A stretch of DNA of 64,000 bases from Thermoplasmata archaeon (GCA_020348445.1 CP070751.1:4653060-4717059), one strand, 5' to 3'. Shown: positions 31,801-40,294, counted from the stretch's first letter. Notes: generated by a model from the letters alone, not told the origin. Numbers and translations are program-made.

Positions 31801-34130
31801 CTCAGGTCAATATGACCCTGGGAGAAGTACCTGAGGCAAATTCTGTATCCGCCGAGATAAGTGGCCTTGGAATAACACAAGTTGTATTTTCGGCTGTAGG
31901 AATTACCAATCGACCCGAGATCATAACACATATCTCCAACATAGAATTAACTGAGGATGATCCACCTTACACCCTGAATCTTTTTGCTTCTGCTTTGGAC
32001 GATGAAGACCTTCCGCAGGATTTGGATTGGATTATTACAGATTTTAATAGCTCCTTATATTCTATTGGTGGCCAGGGAACAAATACATTGGTTATTATTC
32101 CAAAACCAAACATGTTCGGAAACGATAACGTAACTTTGTGGGTTTCGGATTCTCAGGGTCTTTCTGACTCCCAGCCCCTATGGATCAATATAACGCCTGT
32201 TAATGATAAACCGTATTTCTTTCCAGAGCCTCCGGATTTGACAATAACAAAAGATATACCGTACACATTCAACTATGCTCCTTATATTCACGATATCGAC
32301 AACACCATAGATGAGCTTACTATTACAACCGATGATCCGGGTCGTGCAACCCCAGGAAGTCCCATAATCACATATTTGTACCCATCCTCCATGGTTGGCC
32401 AGCAGGTCTTTGTAACCTTGACTGTAAGTGATGGACTCGATAGTTCCTCTGTTGTAATCCGGATAAATGTGACCGAGGACAATGTACCTGTTTTAAAGAG
32501 TGAGCTACCAGATATTATCATGTATGAGGACGAGACCAAATTATGTGTGTTCGATCTCGATGAATACTTCTACGATCCTGATGGAGATGCCGTTTATTAC
32601 TCCTATGGGTACTCCCATATCAAAATAATAATCAACGACAACAACAGTGTCGATTTTATTTCAGAAACTGATTGGTATGGCCAGGAGACCGTCATATTCC
32701 GTGCTCGAGACCCGAACTTTGCCATTGTCGAGGATTCGATATTGGTCACGGTTTTCCCAGTAAATGATCCGCCAATTATCTCGGGCGTGCCAGATCTGGT
32801 CGTACACTACGATGCAGATTATTTCTTTGATCTCTCACCTTATATAACTGATGCAGACAACATCAACTCTGACCTCAGCTTAACATTCTTGGAATACTCA
32901 AGTGGGACCTGGAATTTATCAGAAAACATCAGTGTCTCTTTGGATAATAATCTGAAGATGATGGTCAACTACTCCATTGATTATCTGGGTAATAAAATCC
33001 AGGTTCAAATCGAAGTTTTTGACGGAACTGATTCAGCTTGGGAGACGATAAATATAACGGTTTCCGAAGACTGGCCTCCTGAATTGCACACAAATATCCC
33101 TGATATTATATTTGATGAAGATGAATACCTATCTGATCATATCAATGTCAACAACTATTTCATTGATAGAGACGGCGATGCCCTGTTCTTTACATACGGG
33201 CAGGAACATGTACAGATAATAATATATGAAAGCGGCAGTGTGGATTTCTTTGCTGATGAGAATTGGTTTGGCATGGAAAACATCACCATAAGGGCAACCG
33301 ATCCCTCCGGTGCCTTGGTGGAGGATATAATAATTGTCACGGTGCTTCCAGTAAACGATGCACCAGTTATAGAAAACATACCACATCAGGAAGGGATTGT
33401 GGGCACAACATGGGTCTTGGATCTAAGGCCATATCTTGATGATGTTGACAACAACATCACAGAGTTGGAGATATTCTGCGATTCTCCATATGTAACTGTT
33501 GTGGGAACGGTCTTGGTATTCCAATACCCGTCCGATGTGACGGAGGACATAGTTCAAATAATAGTAAGGGACCCTGATTCTGCCAATGCAACCACTGCGT
33601 TCAACGTTACACTTACCAAGTTAACGGCCCCTGGAAAGGATGAGTTTGATATCATGCCTTTTATTTGGACAATAATACTGATTATAATCGTTATAATCAT
33701 GGTAATTATTCTTTATATTTATCAAAAGGGAAAGTACGAGGTGGAAGAGGTCCTTTTAGTCTTTGGTCAAAGCGGTCTTTTGATATCTCACAAGTATAAG
33801 GGTGAAGAAGCAGATATAGACAGGGATCTTATGGCCAGCCTGTTTACCGCCATCCAGGACTTTGTAAATGATGTATTTGAATCCGGGGATTCCAAGGGAA
33901 CAAGGCTTAATGTCATGGAAATAGGGGATAGAAAGGTCATGATCGAGCGGGGCAAGTATACATACCTTGCGGCAGTGTTTAAAGGTGGAACATGGAGGCT
34001 TGAAACCAAATTGAAGGCGACTGTGGAGGATTTAGAAACCGAATACAGTGATGTATTCCAAGAATGGGAGGGGGATATGGAGGACTTCAAGGGAATAGAG
34101 GAGTATCTCGATGGGCTTGTAACAACATGA
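22827..34130 (+). CDS. Giant 3767-aa surface adhesin: 7 FG-GAP blades with inserted domains, parallel beta-helix (NosD/CASH) blocks, 8 Ig-like repeats, 3 Big_1-like repeats, cadherin-like repeats, TM helix, cytoplasmic C-terminal domain
   Basis: Seven FGxxVSxAGDxNGDGxxDxxVGAP motifs; NNT/NNx-rich helix; PDPQExGGxVNITC repeats; ISGDGQxGTVGT repeats; VNDxP motifs; TM IMPFIWTIILIIIIVIIMVIILYIY. Confidence 0.85.
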   Translation: MEQEQDLTSIVRGHQMYIKYCCKSYSIVITAMLILSSFFSIFFMNGLNTVSGDAADTIASVSGSNINDNFGWNVSDCGDVNGDGFEDVIVGAPSYNSNQGRAYIIFGGPSFEGDLAADSADVILEGSWANALFGWDVSGAGDFNGDGINETIVGAPGNNSNTGAAYIFYGSSFLSGTISATNANVTIDGENSGDYFGSSVSDLGDVSKENPVDHVVISEVYANGVDETSPDIGEFMELYNPTSAPIPLDNWVIEDNDGHSFTLFGTIPANGFFLIAVDNYLGSTDPTEASWPPPDFDCGYTAGSVFANSGDEIRIKDDTGAVIDTFGYSVNAEWYEGTYHPALPNPWESYERKLGETSPTGGNAIDTDNNGNDFAVRSAAEPQNTASAIEIPPNQSIYDDVIIGAHGWGNDKGRAYVFYGSSGNPVDASSADVILTGESDNDLFGFTVSGAGDVNSDGFDDILVGAPGYNNNRGRSYIYHGAQNMSSWTQDMIMAHWDESTGAVFDIANVYAIYEKRWLAQSFTPDQDYLLTKVWLYLDNIGDTTISISLEGDNNGPDGVILALANPKPNIPPGPNPLTWMEFEFTNPFQATAGTMYWITARATGKNTNNCWGWLQDLDSNPNYSGGYSAFLINPPGTWTEEPDYDYWFKVMGKLPGELTADVTLTGEIQGDRFGWSVSDAGDIGGDGFDDVILGAPETANGNAYLINGSTIMKDVTVAGIDWGDEKQRANWETGGDMEAAVYSGQFVAQSFIAQETYLQTNVSLLIKAFGTSGTLTVMLMGSSGSSPDTVPDGTVLAQAPSISTGNVSYEWAVFEWMVPYICTAGTEYFIVGEGTGADTSNCWGWFGQRGGNYPDGDSAYDQGGGWTAYDADFYFREFGKSETALPNITFSGESPGDKFGYSVSDAGNFNGDAYDDVVVGAPENGNGKVYLFNCSNVLPITIQAINANYSALGENLQDRFGWSVSRAGDINQSMGYDEVIVGTPYQDPSGISDAGKAYILSMPVGAPIPPVVDLPFRINNDAEFAAIAAAEGWVGDGSAGNPYIIENYDIDGGGYGYCIYIGNTTVSFVIRDCNLYNSSGNPGIYNWDSGIALYNSMNGTLKGNTFENCTGNALHIVGSTNISISQNDFLNSTGSGIYLESSVGNNIDDNTFDNNNYGLEMNSNSDSNIITNNSFTNNSEAMDLWSCDGNIISGNYGDNNGMFAYLFSWCNGNEFLNNTIVNSNTGIYLQSNCNGNTIQNNTISDINQEGIIIESSSSNVLEGNDVQRCDTGLYTILASLNIISNNTFSNNTDYGIYLDPSSDQNTISNNTIAYNGIYGILLISADLNVIIYNDIFNNSEYGIDAEGTTNDNQIHHNIFSDNNGGDVQAFDDGTDNRWNDTSGEGNLWGDYEDRYVPPASSNGIVWDIPYDINGSAGAQDLFPLALYPWYQDLRIDNDTDFADTAAFFGWIGDGSSSNPYIIEGLTIDAGGLGYGIYIGNTTANFIIRNCSIENSNGNSNQFFRNSGIYLFNVTNGILDNNEIKACDGNGINIEYSKDIVVTNNTCRYNNWSGIYTGYYSNITISNNTCNFNNWSGVYLWSTNDSFVINNTCLNNSDGITLEYSDNNLIADNVLNNNSWEGIYADNSHLNTITDNTCLRNYDGLYLYYSDNNTVSGNQFSNNTQGGFGGTGIFLDHGDYNDILNNTCSGNKEDGIYIFYSDFSFVDNNTCQDNPNDGISVYKSINCTISNNTVTGNQFGILLENRCFDIIIENNNISYNLDDGIYFLILCINNTIRNNTIEGNGDDGIYMNDRNRANLIDNNTISKNGGNGINLTDDSDEFIIIYNIIANNTEYGLQILDNDCENSLIHHNGFYFNNGSGVQAYDNGSNTWDDGYPSGGNFWTDYIGVDFNSTPTQDVPPPDGFGDTPYDIDGPKGAKDRYPLITFPWSPPPPVGLPEISNVTALPDPQETGGFVNITCNVTDSDGVSEVWVNVTLPSGGFINSSLNKGTGDFWFLNSPYSILGVHDFVIWAKDVAGIWNGSIEYTFTIQDTTPPMIFNVLNLPDPQEVGGSVNITCDVTDNVGVMGVWVNISLPDGGFTNTSMIKDTGNQWFYEAVYMQVGGYSFTIWANDSSGNWGISINNNFQILDTTSPVISNVLDIPDPQLTGGSVNITCDVTDNFALYEVWVNISLPAGGYINSSMIKGPVDQWFLDSIYIPLGIYNYVIWANDTENNWASSSGHTFTIFDGNSPVISDVLDIPDPQEIGGLVNITCNVTDDVGVLEVWVNITLPSGGYSNVSMNKGASDEWFLESPYIALGAYDYVIWAGDTSSNWVSSTGHSFTIQDTTLPVISNVIDTPDPQEVGGAVNITCDVMDNVEIFGVWVNITSPGGGFVNLSMTKGVGDGWFHDSIYPVLGLHDYVIWAKDSSDNWASSSGYSFLIQDTTLPSISNVMDVPDPQEVDGNVNISCEVTDNVEVSGVWVNIMLPGGGTVNISMTKGPGDTWFYDIPYTSLGTHDYVIWANDTSGNWIFSSGHSFLIQDTIPPVISNVLDDPDPQEILNRVNITCEVTDNVQVYDVWVNITSPGGGSINISMTKGPGDTWFYDAPYVLLGIHYYVIWANDTSGNWIGSSGHIILVHDTTLPVISNVVATPDPQDVGERVNITCEVTDNVELFNVWIYINLPGGGFVNVSMTTGAGDIWYNDTIRNLVGIHDYLIWANDTQGNWNFSSGHGFTIQQLAPYDIILISGDGQSGTVGTQLGAPFIVEVRDKFGNPVPNADVWFNITLGGGSIDISSPISTDNNGRGQVNLTLGTTSGTNTVTAEIAGLGINQVVFSAFGDPDIPDSIVIISGDGQIGTVGTQLAFPLVIEVHDQYGNPVPGTNVWFNATAGFGILSTGNPVLTNGNGRAQTQLTLGTFTGLNAVTAEIVGNGITQVIFIETGIPGAPHDIVIISGNGQIGTVGTRLAQPFVVEVTDIFGNPVPNAPTWFNITNGDGSLDSVSPIITDANGRAQVNMTLGEVPEANSVSAEISGLGITQVVFSAVGITNRPEIITHISNIELTEDDPPYTLNLFASALDDEDLPQDLDWIITDFNSSLYSIGGQGTNTLVIIPKPNMFGNDNVTLWVSDSQGLSDSQPLWINITPVNDKPYFFPEPPDLTITKDIPYTFNYAPYIHDIDNTIDELTITTDDPGRATPGSPIITYLYPSSMVGQQVFVTLTVSDGLDSSSVVIRINVTEDNVPVLKSELPDIIMYEDETKLCVFDLDEYFYDPDGDAVYYSYGYSHIKIIINDNNSVDFISETDWYGQETVIFRARDPNFAIVEDSILVTVFPVNDPPIISGVPDLVVHYDADYFFDLSPYITDADNINSDLSLTFLEYSSGTWNLSENISVSLDNNLKMMVNYSIDYLGNKIQVQIEVFDGTDSAWETINITVSEDWPPELHTNIPDIIFDEDEYLSDHINVNNYFIDRDGDALFFTYGQEHVQIIIYESGSVDFFADENWFGMENITIRATDPSGALVEDIIIVTVLPVNDAPVIENIPHQEGIVGTTWVLDLRPYLDDVDNNITELEIFCDSPYVTVVGTVLVFQYPSDVTEDIVQIIVRDPDSANATTAFNVTLTKLTAPGKDEFDIMPFIWTIILIIIVIIMVIILYIYQKGKYEVEEVLLVFGQSGLLISHKYKGEEADIDRDLMASLFTAIQDFVNDVFESGDSKGTRLNVMEIGDRKVMIERGKYTYLAAVFKGGTWRLETKLKATVEDLETEYSDVFQEWEGDMEDFKGIEEYLDGLVTT
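28640..30990 (+). repeat. Eight coding Ig-like repeats with a 294-bp (98-aa) period
   Basis: The cctgatcc anchor is at 28665, 28959 and onward to 30723, a span of exactly 7 x 294 bp. Confidence 0.9.
30984..31910 (+). repeat. Three coding invasin/Big_1-like repeats of about 309 bp
   Basis: (A/I)PxxIxxISGxGQxGTVGTxL...VxDxxGNPVP begins near 30984, 31293 and 31602. Confidence 0.85.
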
Positions 34131-34226
34131 CAACCTATGGTGATTTTCTGGAGTTGTTACTTTTTTTCCTTTAAAATTCCCAAAATTAAGCTGTAAAATC
34201 GAAAGGAGGTAATTCCAATCCGATTC

Positions 34227-35183
34227 TTAATATTCATCCACTGGGGTCATTTGAAATTTTCCTTCCTTTACACCGTATAATCTTTGTATCTTTTTTATTG
34301 AGTGCTTTTGCTTTAGATCCTTTACCATCAAAGTTGCATAAGAACCTAGGGGCTTAAAACCAATTTGCCCAAGCATATTGATTTGATGAATTCCAGCTGT
34401 CCATTCAGATAACATGTATTTTGGCTTGAGTTTAAGTTCCAGGGCCCTAATGCATCTGCTGATATCCTTCTTATTTGGGCAGCAAAGCTCTCTGATTTTT
34501 AGGATATCTTTCTCCTTACCAACCAAAGCATACCCAATTGAAGATTTCTTATCTTTAAAAACATGAACCTTACTTTGGGGCATCCAGGTCCAGGCGTTCC
34601 TCACTTGTAAGAAATTTTCGGGTCTATGGACAAAACCGTAAAGCCCTTTTGAATATTTGGTAAATATCTCGACCAATTCATTGTTTTTTATCTTGGAGGA
34701 AAGGGTGATCTTGGAATTGGACTTTGAAAGGGATTTGCATTCCCTCAATCCCCAATATGAACTTGCGAAATCTTTGTAGCCAAGTTCATTATACAAGTTA
34801 TAAGCAACTAGAGATTTTCCTGTTACCAAGAATGAATATCTTATGTTTTCACCGCTGAGTCTATCATGAGCCTCTTTCATCAATTTCATTGCCAATCCTG
34901 ATCTTGCTGCATCAGGTCTAGTACACACTCCCCAGATAAAACCAACTTTTTCTTTCCCAGATGTACATTCCGTATCTACTGTGACTATACCTACTTGACT
35001 TAAAACCTCATTTCTTTCAACGGCATAAAATGCAAAATATTCTGGAACACGCTTATCCACTTTCCGAATATTTTTCACCTCGTTTGGACTAAGAAACCAC
35101 CCAAAACATCTCACGTTTAATTCTAGGACCTGATCCCCGCCCACTTCATCATATTCAAGAATTTTCATGAAATCAACAACCAA
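34227..35183 (-). CDS. GNAT-family (Eis-like) acetyltransferase
   Basis: Motif A VCTRPDAARSGLAMKLM and motif B AYNLYNELGY. Confidence 0.8.
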   Translation of the reverse strand: MVVDFMKILEYDEVGGDQVLELNVRCFGWFLSPNEVKNIRKVDKRVPEYFAFYAVERNEVLSQVGIVTVDTECTSGKEKVGFIWGVCTRPDAARSGLAMKLMKEAHDRLSGENIRYSFLVTGKSLVAYNLYNELGYKDFASSYWGLRECKSLSKSNSKITLSSKIKNNELVEIFTKYSKGLYGFVHRPENFLQVRNAWTWMPQSKVHVFKDKKSSIGYALVGKEKDILKIRELCCPNKKDISRCIRALELKLKPKYMLSEWTAGIHQINMLGQIGFKPLGSYATLMVKDLKQKHSIKKIQRLYGVKEGKFQMTPVDEY

Positions 35184-35206
35184 ATAAAATTGATATACCC
35201 CCGATC

Positions 35207-35482
35207 TTAATATCTGACCTCAAATTTGGTAAATTCCCCTGTAAACTCCTCCCACTTCACATCTGCTCTATTTACTTTGGCATAAGGCTGCTGTGTTTTA
35301 CACCATTTAATCAGTTTCTCAATATCCTCTTTCTCACCCTCAAAAACCGCACCAACGCTACCATCCCACATGTTCTTTACCCAGCCGAAGACTCTAAAAC
35401 GCTCAGCTGCATCCCTTGTATTGGCCCTGAAGAATACACCCTGGACCTTCCCCTTGAAGGTTACAGACGCTCTCGCTTTCAT
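35207..35482 (-). CDS. acyP: Acylphosphatase
   Basis: ATG at 35482. GKVQGVFFR and GWVKN.WDGSV. Confidence 0.93.
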   Translation of the reverse strand: MKARASVTFKGKVQGVFFRANTRDAAERFRVFGWVKNMWDGSVGAVFEGEKEDIEKLIKWCKTQQPYAKVNRADVKWEEFTGEFTKFEVRY

Positions 35483-35620
35483 GCAATTGGAATATCTTAT
35501 TAAAATTAAAAGATTTTTGGTTAAGGTGATAACAAATGAATTATCTTCCTGAGTCGGCATGATGTCAACTCATAATGGAGTTGTGGATAGGATTAACAGA
35601 ACAAAATCCTATAAACGTTT

Positions 35621-36340
35621 ATGCTTATACTGGTTGCGAGAATGATTATTATGATGAATTTACACAACCATACAACTTTCTCGGATGGCAGGTTCTCCCC
35701 CAGAGAAATAATCGAGGCAGGTATTGAGGCTGACTTTGCACATATCGCAATTACAGATCATTATATGACCAATAAAGTGGATTCCATACCCTATGATGGC
35801 CTCATGAATTACATACAAGATATCCGGGTATTGAAAGAGGAATTTCAGGACAAAATCATTGTTTTATGCGGTGTGGAGATAGATGCGTGCAAAAAGCGCA
35901 CTGACTTTGCAAAGATGCCGTACGAGGATCTCAATAAACTCGACCTTGTACTTTTCGAATATGTTCAAAATGATATCTGGAACGGAATGCCATTATGGGA
36001 ACTTTTAGGAATTAGGGAAAATATCAAACCACCGGTTGGTCTTGCACATAATGATATTGGTAAAAATTTCTCGCATAGCAAATATGATGAGTTGATAGCT
36101 GTTTTAGAAGCAAACAACATTTTTATTGAGCTTTGCCCAAGCTTGAGGAACTCGAAACTCAACACCCCATTTTATCATTTTGCAGAGGGCTTCTTCGCCA
36201 GTTTAAGGGATACAAAGGTGCTCATATCCATTGGCACCGATACACATACAAACCTAAAAAATGTGGGTAATATCGGCGACGCCATGGATTTTATAGAAAG
36301 ATATGGACTTCAGGATAATCTGATAACAAAGATTTTTTAG
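35621..36340 (+). CDS. PHP-domain hydrolase
   Basis: NLHNHTTFSDG, AITDH, GVEI, GTDTH. Start is probably at 35651. Confidence 0.85.
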   Translation: MLILVARMIIMMNLHNHTTFSDGRFSPREIIEAGIEADFAHIAITDHYMTNKVDSIPYDGLMNYIQDIRVLKEEFQDKIIVLCGVEIDACKKRTDFAKMPYEDLNKLDLVLFEYVQNDIWNGMPLWELLGIRENIKPPVGLAHNDIGKNFSHSKYDELIAVLEANNIFIELCPSLRNSKLNTPFYHFAEGFFASLRDTKVLISIGTDTHTNLKNVGNIGDAMDFIERYGLQDNLITKIF

Positions 36341-36957
36341 CGAGCCTTGCCCAACAATTTCCAGGTCCGAACTCCTCTTTGCACTGCTGTTATATGACCC
36401 GCGATGGCGAACCAGATCATTGCGTATTCCATTGGTGTAAAGAGCCATATTTTCCCGTTTAAAGTTATATAGGCCAGTAACTGGATCAATGGAACAATAA
36501 TGAGAACAACAAGCCTGTCCGCCCGTCCTAGTATTCCCCCGTAGTCCCTACCACAACCCAGTGCCTGAGCCTGGGTTCCCATGTAACTTGCTAAAATCAC
36601 GCCAAGCATCGCCAAAAGCCCAATGAACCAGTCACAATGGACTGAAAGCATTATTCCCCCTATTATGATAACATCAGCATACCTATCGAGGGTGTGATCC
36701 AAAAAATCTCCTCTTTTGGAGGTCTTATTCGTGAGTTTGGCGACCTTACCATCCAAGGCATCGAAAAGCGCATTGAATATTATACATAAAACCGCCAATA
36801 GTAACAACCAGATATAACTTAAATAGAAGATTATCCCGGCAAGAACCGCAAAAATGAATGCCACCCAGGTAATTGTATTGGGATTTACTCTTCTAAGCCG
36901 CTTGGCCAAGGGCAACAGGAAGGGATCCGCACTTGATCTATAATTGTTTAGAACCAT
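36337..36957 (-). CDS. CDP-alcohol phosphatidyltransferase (archaetidylinositol-phosphate synthase-like)
   Basis: DALDGKVAK...GDFLDHTLDRYAD signature and GGILGRADR. Confidence 0.9.
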   Translation of the reverse strand: MVLNNYRSSADPFLLPLAKRLRRVNPNTITWVAFIFAVLAGIIFYLSYIWLLLLAVLCIIFNALFDALDGKVAKLTNKTSKRGDFLDHTLDRYADVIIIGGIMLSVHCDWFIGLLAMLGVILASYMGTQAQALGCGRDYGGILGRADRLVVLIIVPLIQLLAYITLNGKIWLFTPMEYAMIWFAIAGHITAVQRGVRTWKLLGKAR

Positions 36958-37075
36958 TAAACAGACCTTCTGATTGAAATTCGGATGTAGTTATTGATTA
37001 TTCGTATTTTAAGATATTGCCAATATAAACCAACAACCTTTTTAAACCGATTACCCATTTGGGTTGGGGGATTGT

Positions 37076-38188
37076 ATGACAAAGGTTACAATAAGTATCA
37101 TAAAGGCAGATGTAGGAGGCTGGCCTGGCCACGCAACCGTACATCCGAGACTCATGGAAATCGCAAGGGATATGCTGTCTAAGGCTGTTGAAGGGGCAAT
37201 CATTTCGGACTTTCATGTTACGCACTGCGGGGACGACCTGGAGCTTATAATGAGCCATACAAAAGGGGATAACAACAAACATGTGCATGAGACGGCATGG
37301 AACATTTTCACAACGACCACGAAAGAGGCCAAGGCCCTGAAACTCTACGGGGCTGGACAGGACATGCTGTCCGATGCCTTCTCAGGTAATGTTCGAGGTA
37401 TGGGACCAGGCATTGCCGAGATGACTTTTACTGAAAGGAAGGCCGAGCCTGTTGTGGCTTATATGATGGATAAAACCGAACCTGGGGCATTTAATCTTCC
37501 CATTTTCAGGATGTTTGCTGATCCATTCAATACAGCGGGTCTTATCATAGATCCTAACCTGCACCCAGGTTTTATGTTCGAGATATGGGACATTATGGAG
37601 AGTAAAAAGGTCATGATGTCCTCACCAGAAGAGATGTACGATATTCTGGCCTTAATCGGGGCTAAGGGAAGATATGTTATAAAAAGGGTCTATCCCAAAG
37701 AGGGAGGGAAATTGCCGGCAAACGAGCCTGTGGCCGTGATATCCACTGAAAAGCTCTACAAGATAGCAGGCGAGTATGTTGGAAAGGACGACCCAGTTGC
37801 GGCGGTAAGGGCCCAATCAGGTTTACCTGCCCTTGGTGAGGTTCTGGAGCCCTTTGCATTTCCGCATCTTGTATCAGGATGGATGAGGGGCTCACATAAC
37901 GGGCCATTAATGCCAGTGAGTGTGAAGAATGCCACATGTACAAGATTCGACGGCCCTCCAAGGGTCGTGGGTCTGGGATTTCAGGTTTCGGATGGGAAGC
38001 TGGTGGGTCCAGTTGATCTGTTCGACGACCCAGGCTTTGATTACACAAGGGAAAGGGCACAGCGAGTTGCCGAGTACATGCGAAGGCACGGACCCTTCGA
38101 ACCGCACAGGTTACCTCTTGAAGACATGGAGTACACCACCTTGCCCAATGTGATGAAGAAGCTGAAAGACAGGTTCGCGAAGGTTTAG
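37076..38188 (+). CDS. fbp: Bifunctional fructose-1,6-bisphosphate aldolase/phosphatase (class V)
   Basis: IKADVGGWPGH, CGDDL, YGAGQD, GKDDP, GWMRGSH, PFEPHRL. Confidence 0.97.
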   Translation: MTKVTISIIKADVGGWPGHATVHPRLMEIARDMLSKAVEGAIISDFHVTHCGDDLELIMSHTKGDNNKHVHETAWNIFTTTTKEAKALKLYGAGQDMLSDAFSGNVRGMGPGIAEMTFTERKAEPVVAYMMDKTEPGAFNLPIFRMFADPFNTAGLIIDPNLHPGFMFEIWDIMESKKVMMSSPEEMYDILALIGAKGRYVIKRVYPKEGGKLPANEPVAVISTEKLYKIAGEYVGKDDPVAAVRAQSGLPALGEVLEPFAFPHLVSGWMRGSHNGPLMPVSVKNATCTRFDGPPRVVGLGFQVSDGKLVGPVDLFDDPGFDYTRERAQRVAEYMRRHGPFEPHRLPLEDMEYTTLPNVMKKLKDRFAKV

Positions 38189-38259
38189 TAGAAACATAAG
38201 TCATTGATCTTTACTCATTGTTGATTTAAATAACCACCGAGAATGGATTTAGATAGACA

Positions 38260-39087
38260 TTGAAAAAGATAGGATGGGATAAAATGGCCAGCTCGATAGC
38301 CGCCTTAAGGGGCGTTATTACATTCGCTGTTGTCCTGGTTATCTTACTAATTATTGCTGTAATCATCACTGCAATTTTATCCAGAAAAGGTAAGAAATAC
38401 CTTGGCAGAATAATAACAGGCTGTTTGCTCATTATTTTTTCTTTATCACTTATTATAGGATTTTGGAGTTTTATGGGTATTATGGGACCTGCACAGAGCG
38501 CAGAAGATGTTGCTTCCCAAGAGCAAGAGGGTAATTTTAAGGACCACGATGAAGGTGATATCGTTACCATAAGGGATACAATATCCAGAATTGATACTAA
38601 ACCCATCTCCAATAAGACATACGTTATAATCTGGTTTGACAGTTCTGGCAGTGGGGATGATGACTTCAACGTTACTTTTAGGGATGATATACGGGGTGAT
38701 TACAATGAAAAAGATGTTGTGGTCGTTTTCCTCGAGGTGGTTTATATAAACGCCACTAGCGATATCGAGATACTGAGATACCATGCCCCCGGTAAGGAAT
38801 TGGGTGCAAGATCTTTTCAGATTTACCCTTCGCTTTTTGCTGATATCTGGTTTTGGCTCCTTCTTCTCATCGGGATAGTTGAGCTTGTCCTTGGAATCCT
38901 TGGATGGAGAAAGAAGAAACCAGAGGGGGAATCTGAAGAAGAATCCTCCGAAACAAAAGGAACTGCAAAGAAAGGGAAAGATGAGCTTCCAGATGAAAAT
39001 GCCTTACTCGTAGATTCGCAGGATTCGGGTTCCCAAAAAGAGCCATTGATTACAGATAAAGAAGGATTGCCTGATGATGAAACTTAA
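38260..39087 (+). CDS. Hypothetical membrane protein (2 N-terminal TMs, external beta domain, C-terminal TM and acidic tail)
   Basis: Hydrophobic segments visible in the translation; no family recognised. Confidence 0.6.
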   Translation: MKKIGWDKMASSIAALRGVITFAVVLVILLIIAVIITAILSRKGKKYLGRIITGCLLIIFSLSLIIGFWSFMGIMGPAQSAEDVASQEQEGNFKDHDEGDIVTIRDTISRIDTKPISNKTYVIIWFDSSGSGDDDFNVTFRDDIRGDYNEKDVVVVFLEVVYINATSDIEILRYHAPGKELGARSFQIYPSLFADIWFWLLLLIGIVELVLGILGWRKKKPEGESEEESSETKGTAKKGKDELPDENALLVDSQDSGSQKEPLITDKEGLPDDET

Positions 39088-39124
39088 AAGAAGCGATAAA
39101 CCGCAAAGAAAGCCGCTTTTATCA

Positions 39125-40294
39125 TCAATTTTCTGAAGGTTTCACGATTCTCTTTTCTCTTTTGAAGACCAGATATTTGCTACCAAAGAAGTTCACTAGC
39201 ATCACGATTATGATGGCGATGAGCAGAACGAATCTTTCAATGGATAAAAGGGATACAAACAAGTTCACCAATGGTCCTTTATAAGAGCTCCATGCATCCT
39301 GATATGTCAACATGGTGTCGATAATCAATGTTCTTATCAACCACGCACCTAAAGCAACTGCAACGAACATGAAATACTGCTTTGTAACCTTGCTTTTTCT
39401 GCGTTCCTTATCCTGGAATGTCCACACTTTATTAAGAGCATAATTGAAGGTCACAGCAGCGCCGAATGAGATGGTCTGAGAGTACAGCGTTCCAGTTATT
39501 TGACCATAGGCATTTAGAAAGAAGCTGTAATATACGAGGGAGAACACACCCAAATCCACAAAAATCCCAAGGCCGCCAACAGCGCAGAACTTAAGAAATT
39601 GATAAAAAGAGCTGTCTTTGTGGAAATAAAGGCTCAATGCGTGGGATAGGTAGTTTTTTACAACCTTGGCACCGAGCTTGCTTTCCCCGTAGGCCCTATT
39701 CTTAAAAACGTATGGCTCCTCGACTAAATGCTCATAGTTGCCTTTAACAATTATTTCTAAACCAATTTTATATCCCTTCGGTTTTAGCTCGACACCTTCT
39801 ATTACCTCCCTCTTCAGCATGAAAAAGCCTGACATTGGATCCTTGACCTTCGTAACCGGTCTTGCGATGAGAGACGCGCATTTGGACACTATCTTTCTTT
39901 TCATGGTCCAATTCTCGATTCCCCCACCCGGAACATGTCTTGAGCCTATTACGAGTTCTGCTTCTTCATTCTGTATATGTTTCAGCATTTTGGGGAGAAC
40001 TTCTGGTGGATGACTGAGATCTGCGTCCATCACACACAGCACATCACCTTTTGCACTCTCCATGCCTTTTATTGCAGCTGAGGATAGACCGCGCTCGTTC
40101 TTTCGGACGATGACTTGGATATTATAACTGCTTTTTAGGTCTTCTGCCACTTTCGCTGTACCGTCCGGGGAGTTGTCGTCAACGATTACGAGTTCTCCTT
40201 CTATCTTATTTTCATCCAGCACCTTGAATATTCTTTTGACTAGCTGGGGGATATTTTCCTTTTCATTGTATGTTGGCACTATGATAGAAAGCAT
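39125..40294 (-). CDS. Dolichol-phosphate hexosyltransferase (GT2, DPM1-like) fused to a GtrA-like membrane domain
   Basis: True start probably MLSIIVPTYNE at 40294. IVDDNSPDGT, VMDADLSHPP, DPMSGFF; C-terminal QFLKFCAVG..DLGVF..FNYALNKVWTF. Confidence 0.9.
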   Translation of the reverse strand: MLSIIVPTYNEKENIPQLVKRIFKVLDENKIEGELVIVDDNSPDGTAKVAEDLKSSYNIQVIVRKNERGLSSAAIKGMESAKGDVLCVMDADLSHPPEVLPKMLKHIQNEEAELVIGSRHVPGGGIENWTMKRKIVSKCASLIARPVTKVKDPMSGFFMLKREVIEGVELKPKGYKIGLEIIVKGNYEHLVEEPYVFKNRAYGESKLGAKVVKNYLSHALSLYFHKDSSFYQFLKFCAVGGLGIFVDLGVFSLVYYSFFLNAYGQITGTLYSQTISFGAAVTFNYALNKVWTFQDKERRKSKVTKQYFMFVAVALGAWLIRTLIIDTMLTYQDAWSSYKGPLVNLFVSLLSIERFVLLIAIIIVMLVNFFGSKYLVFKREKRIVKPSEN

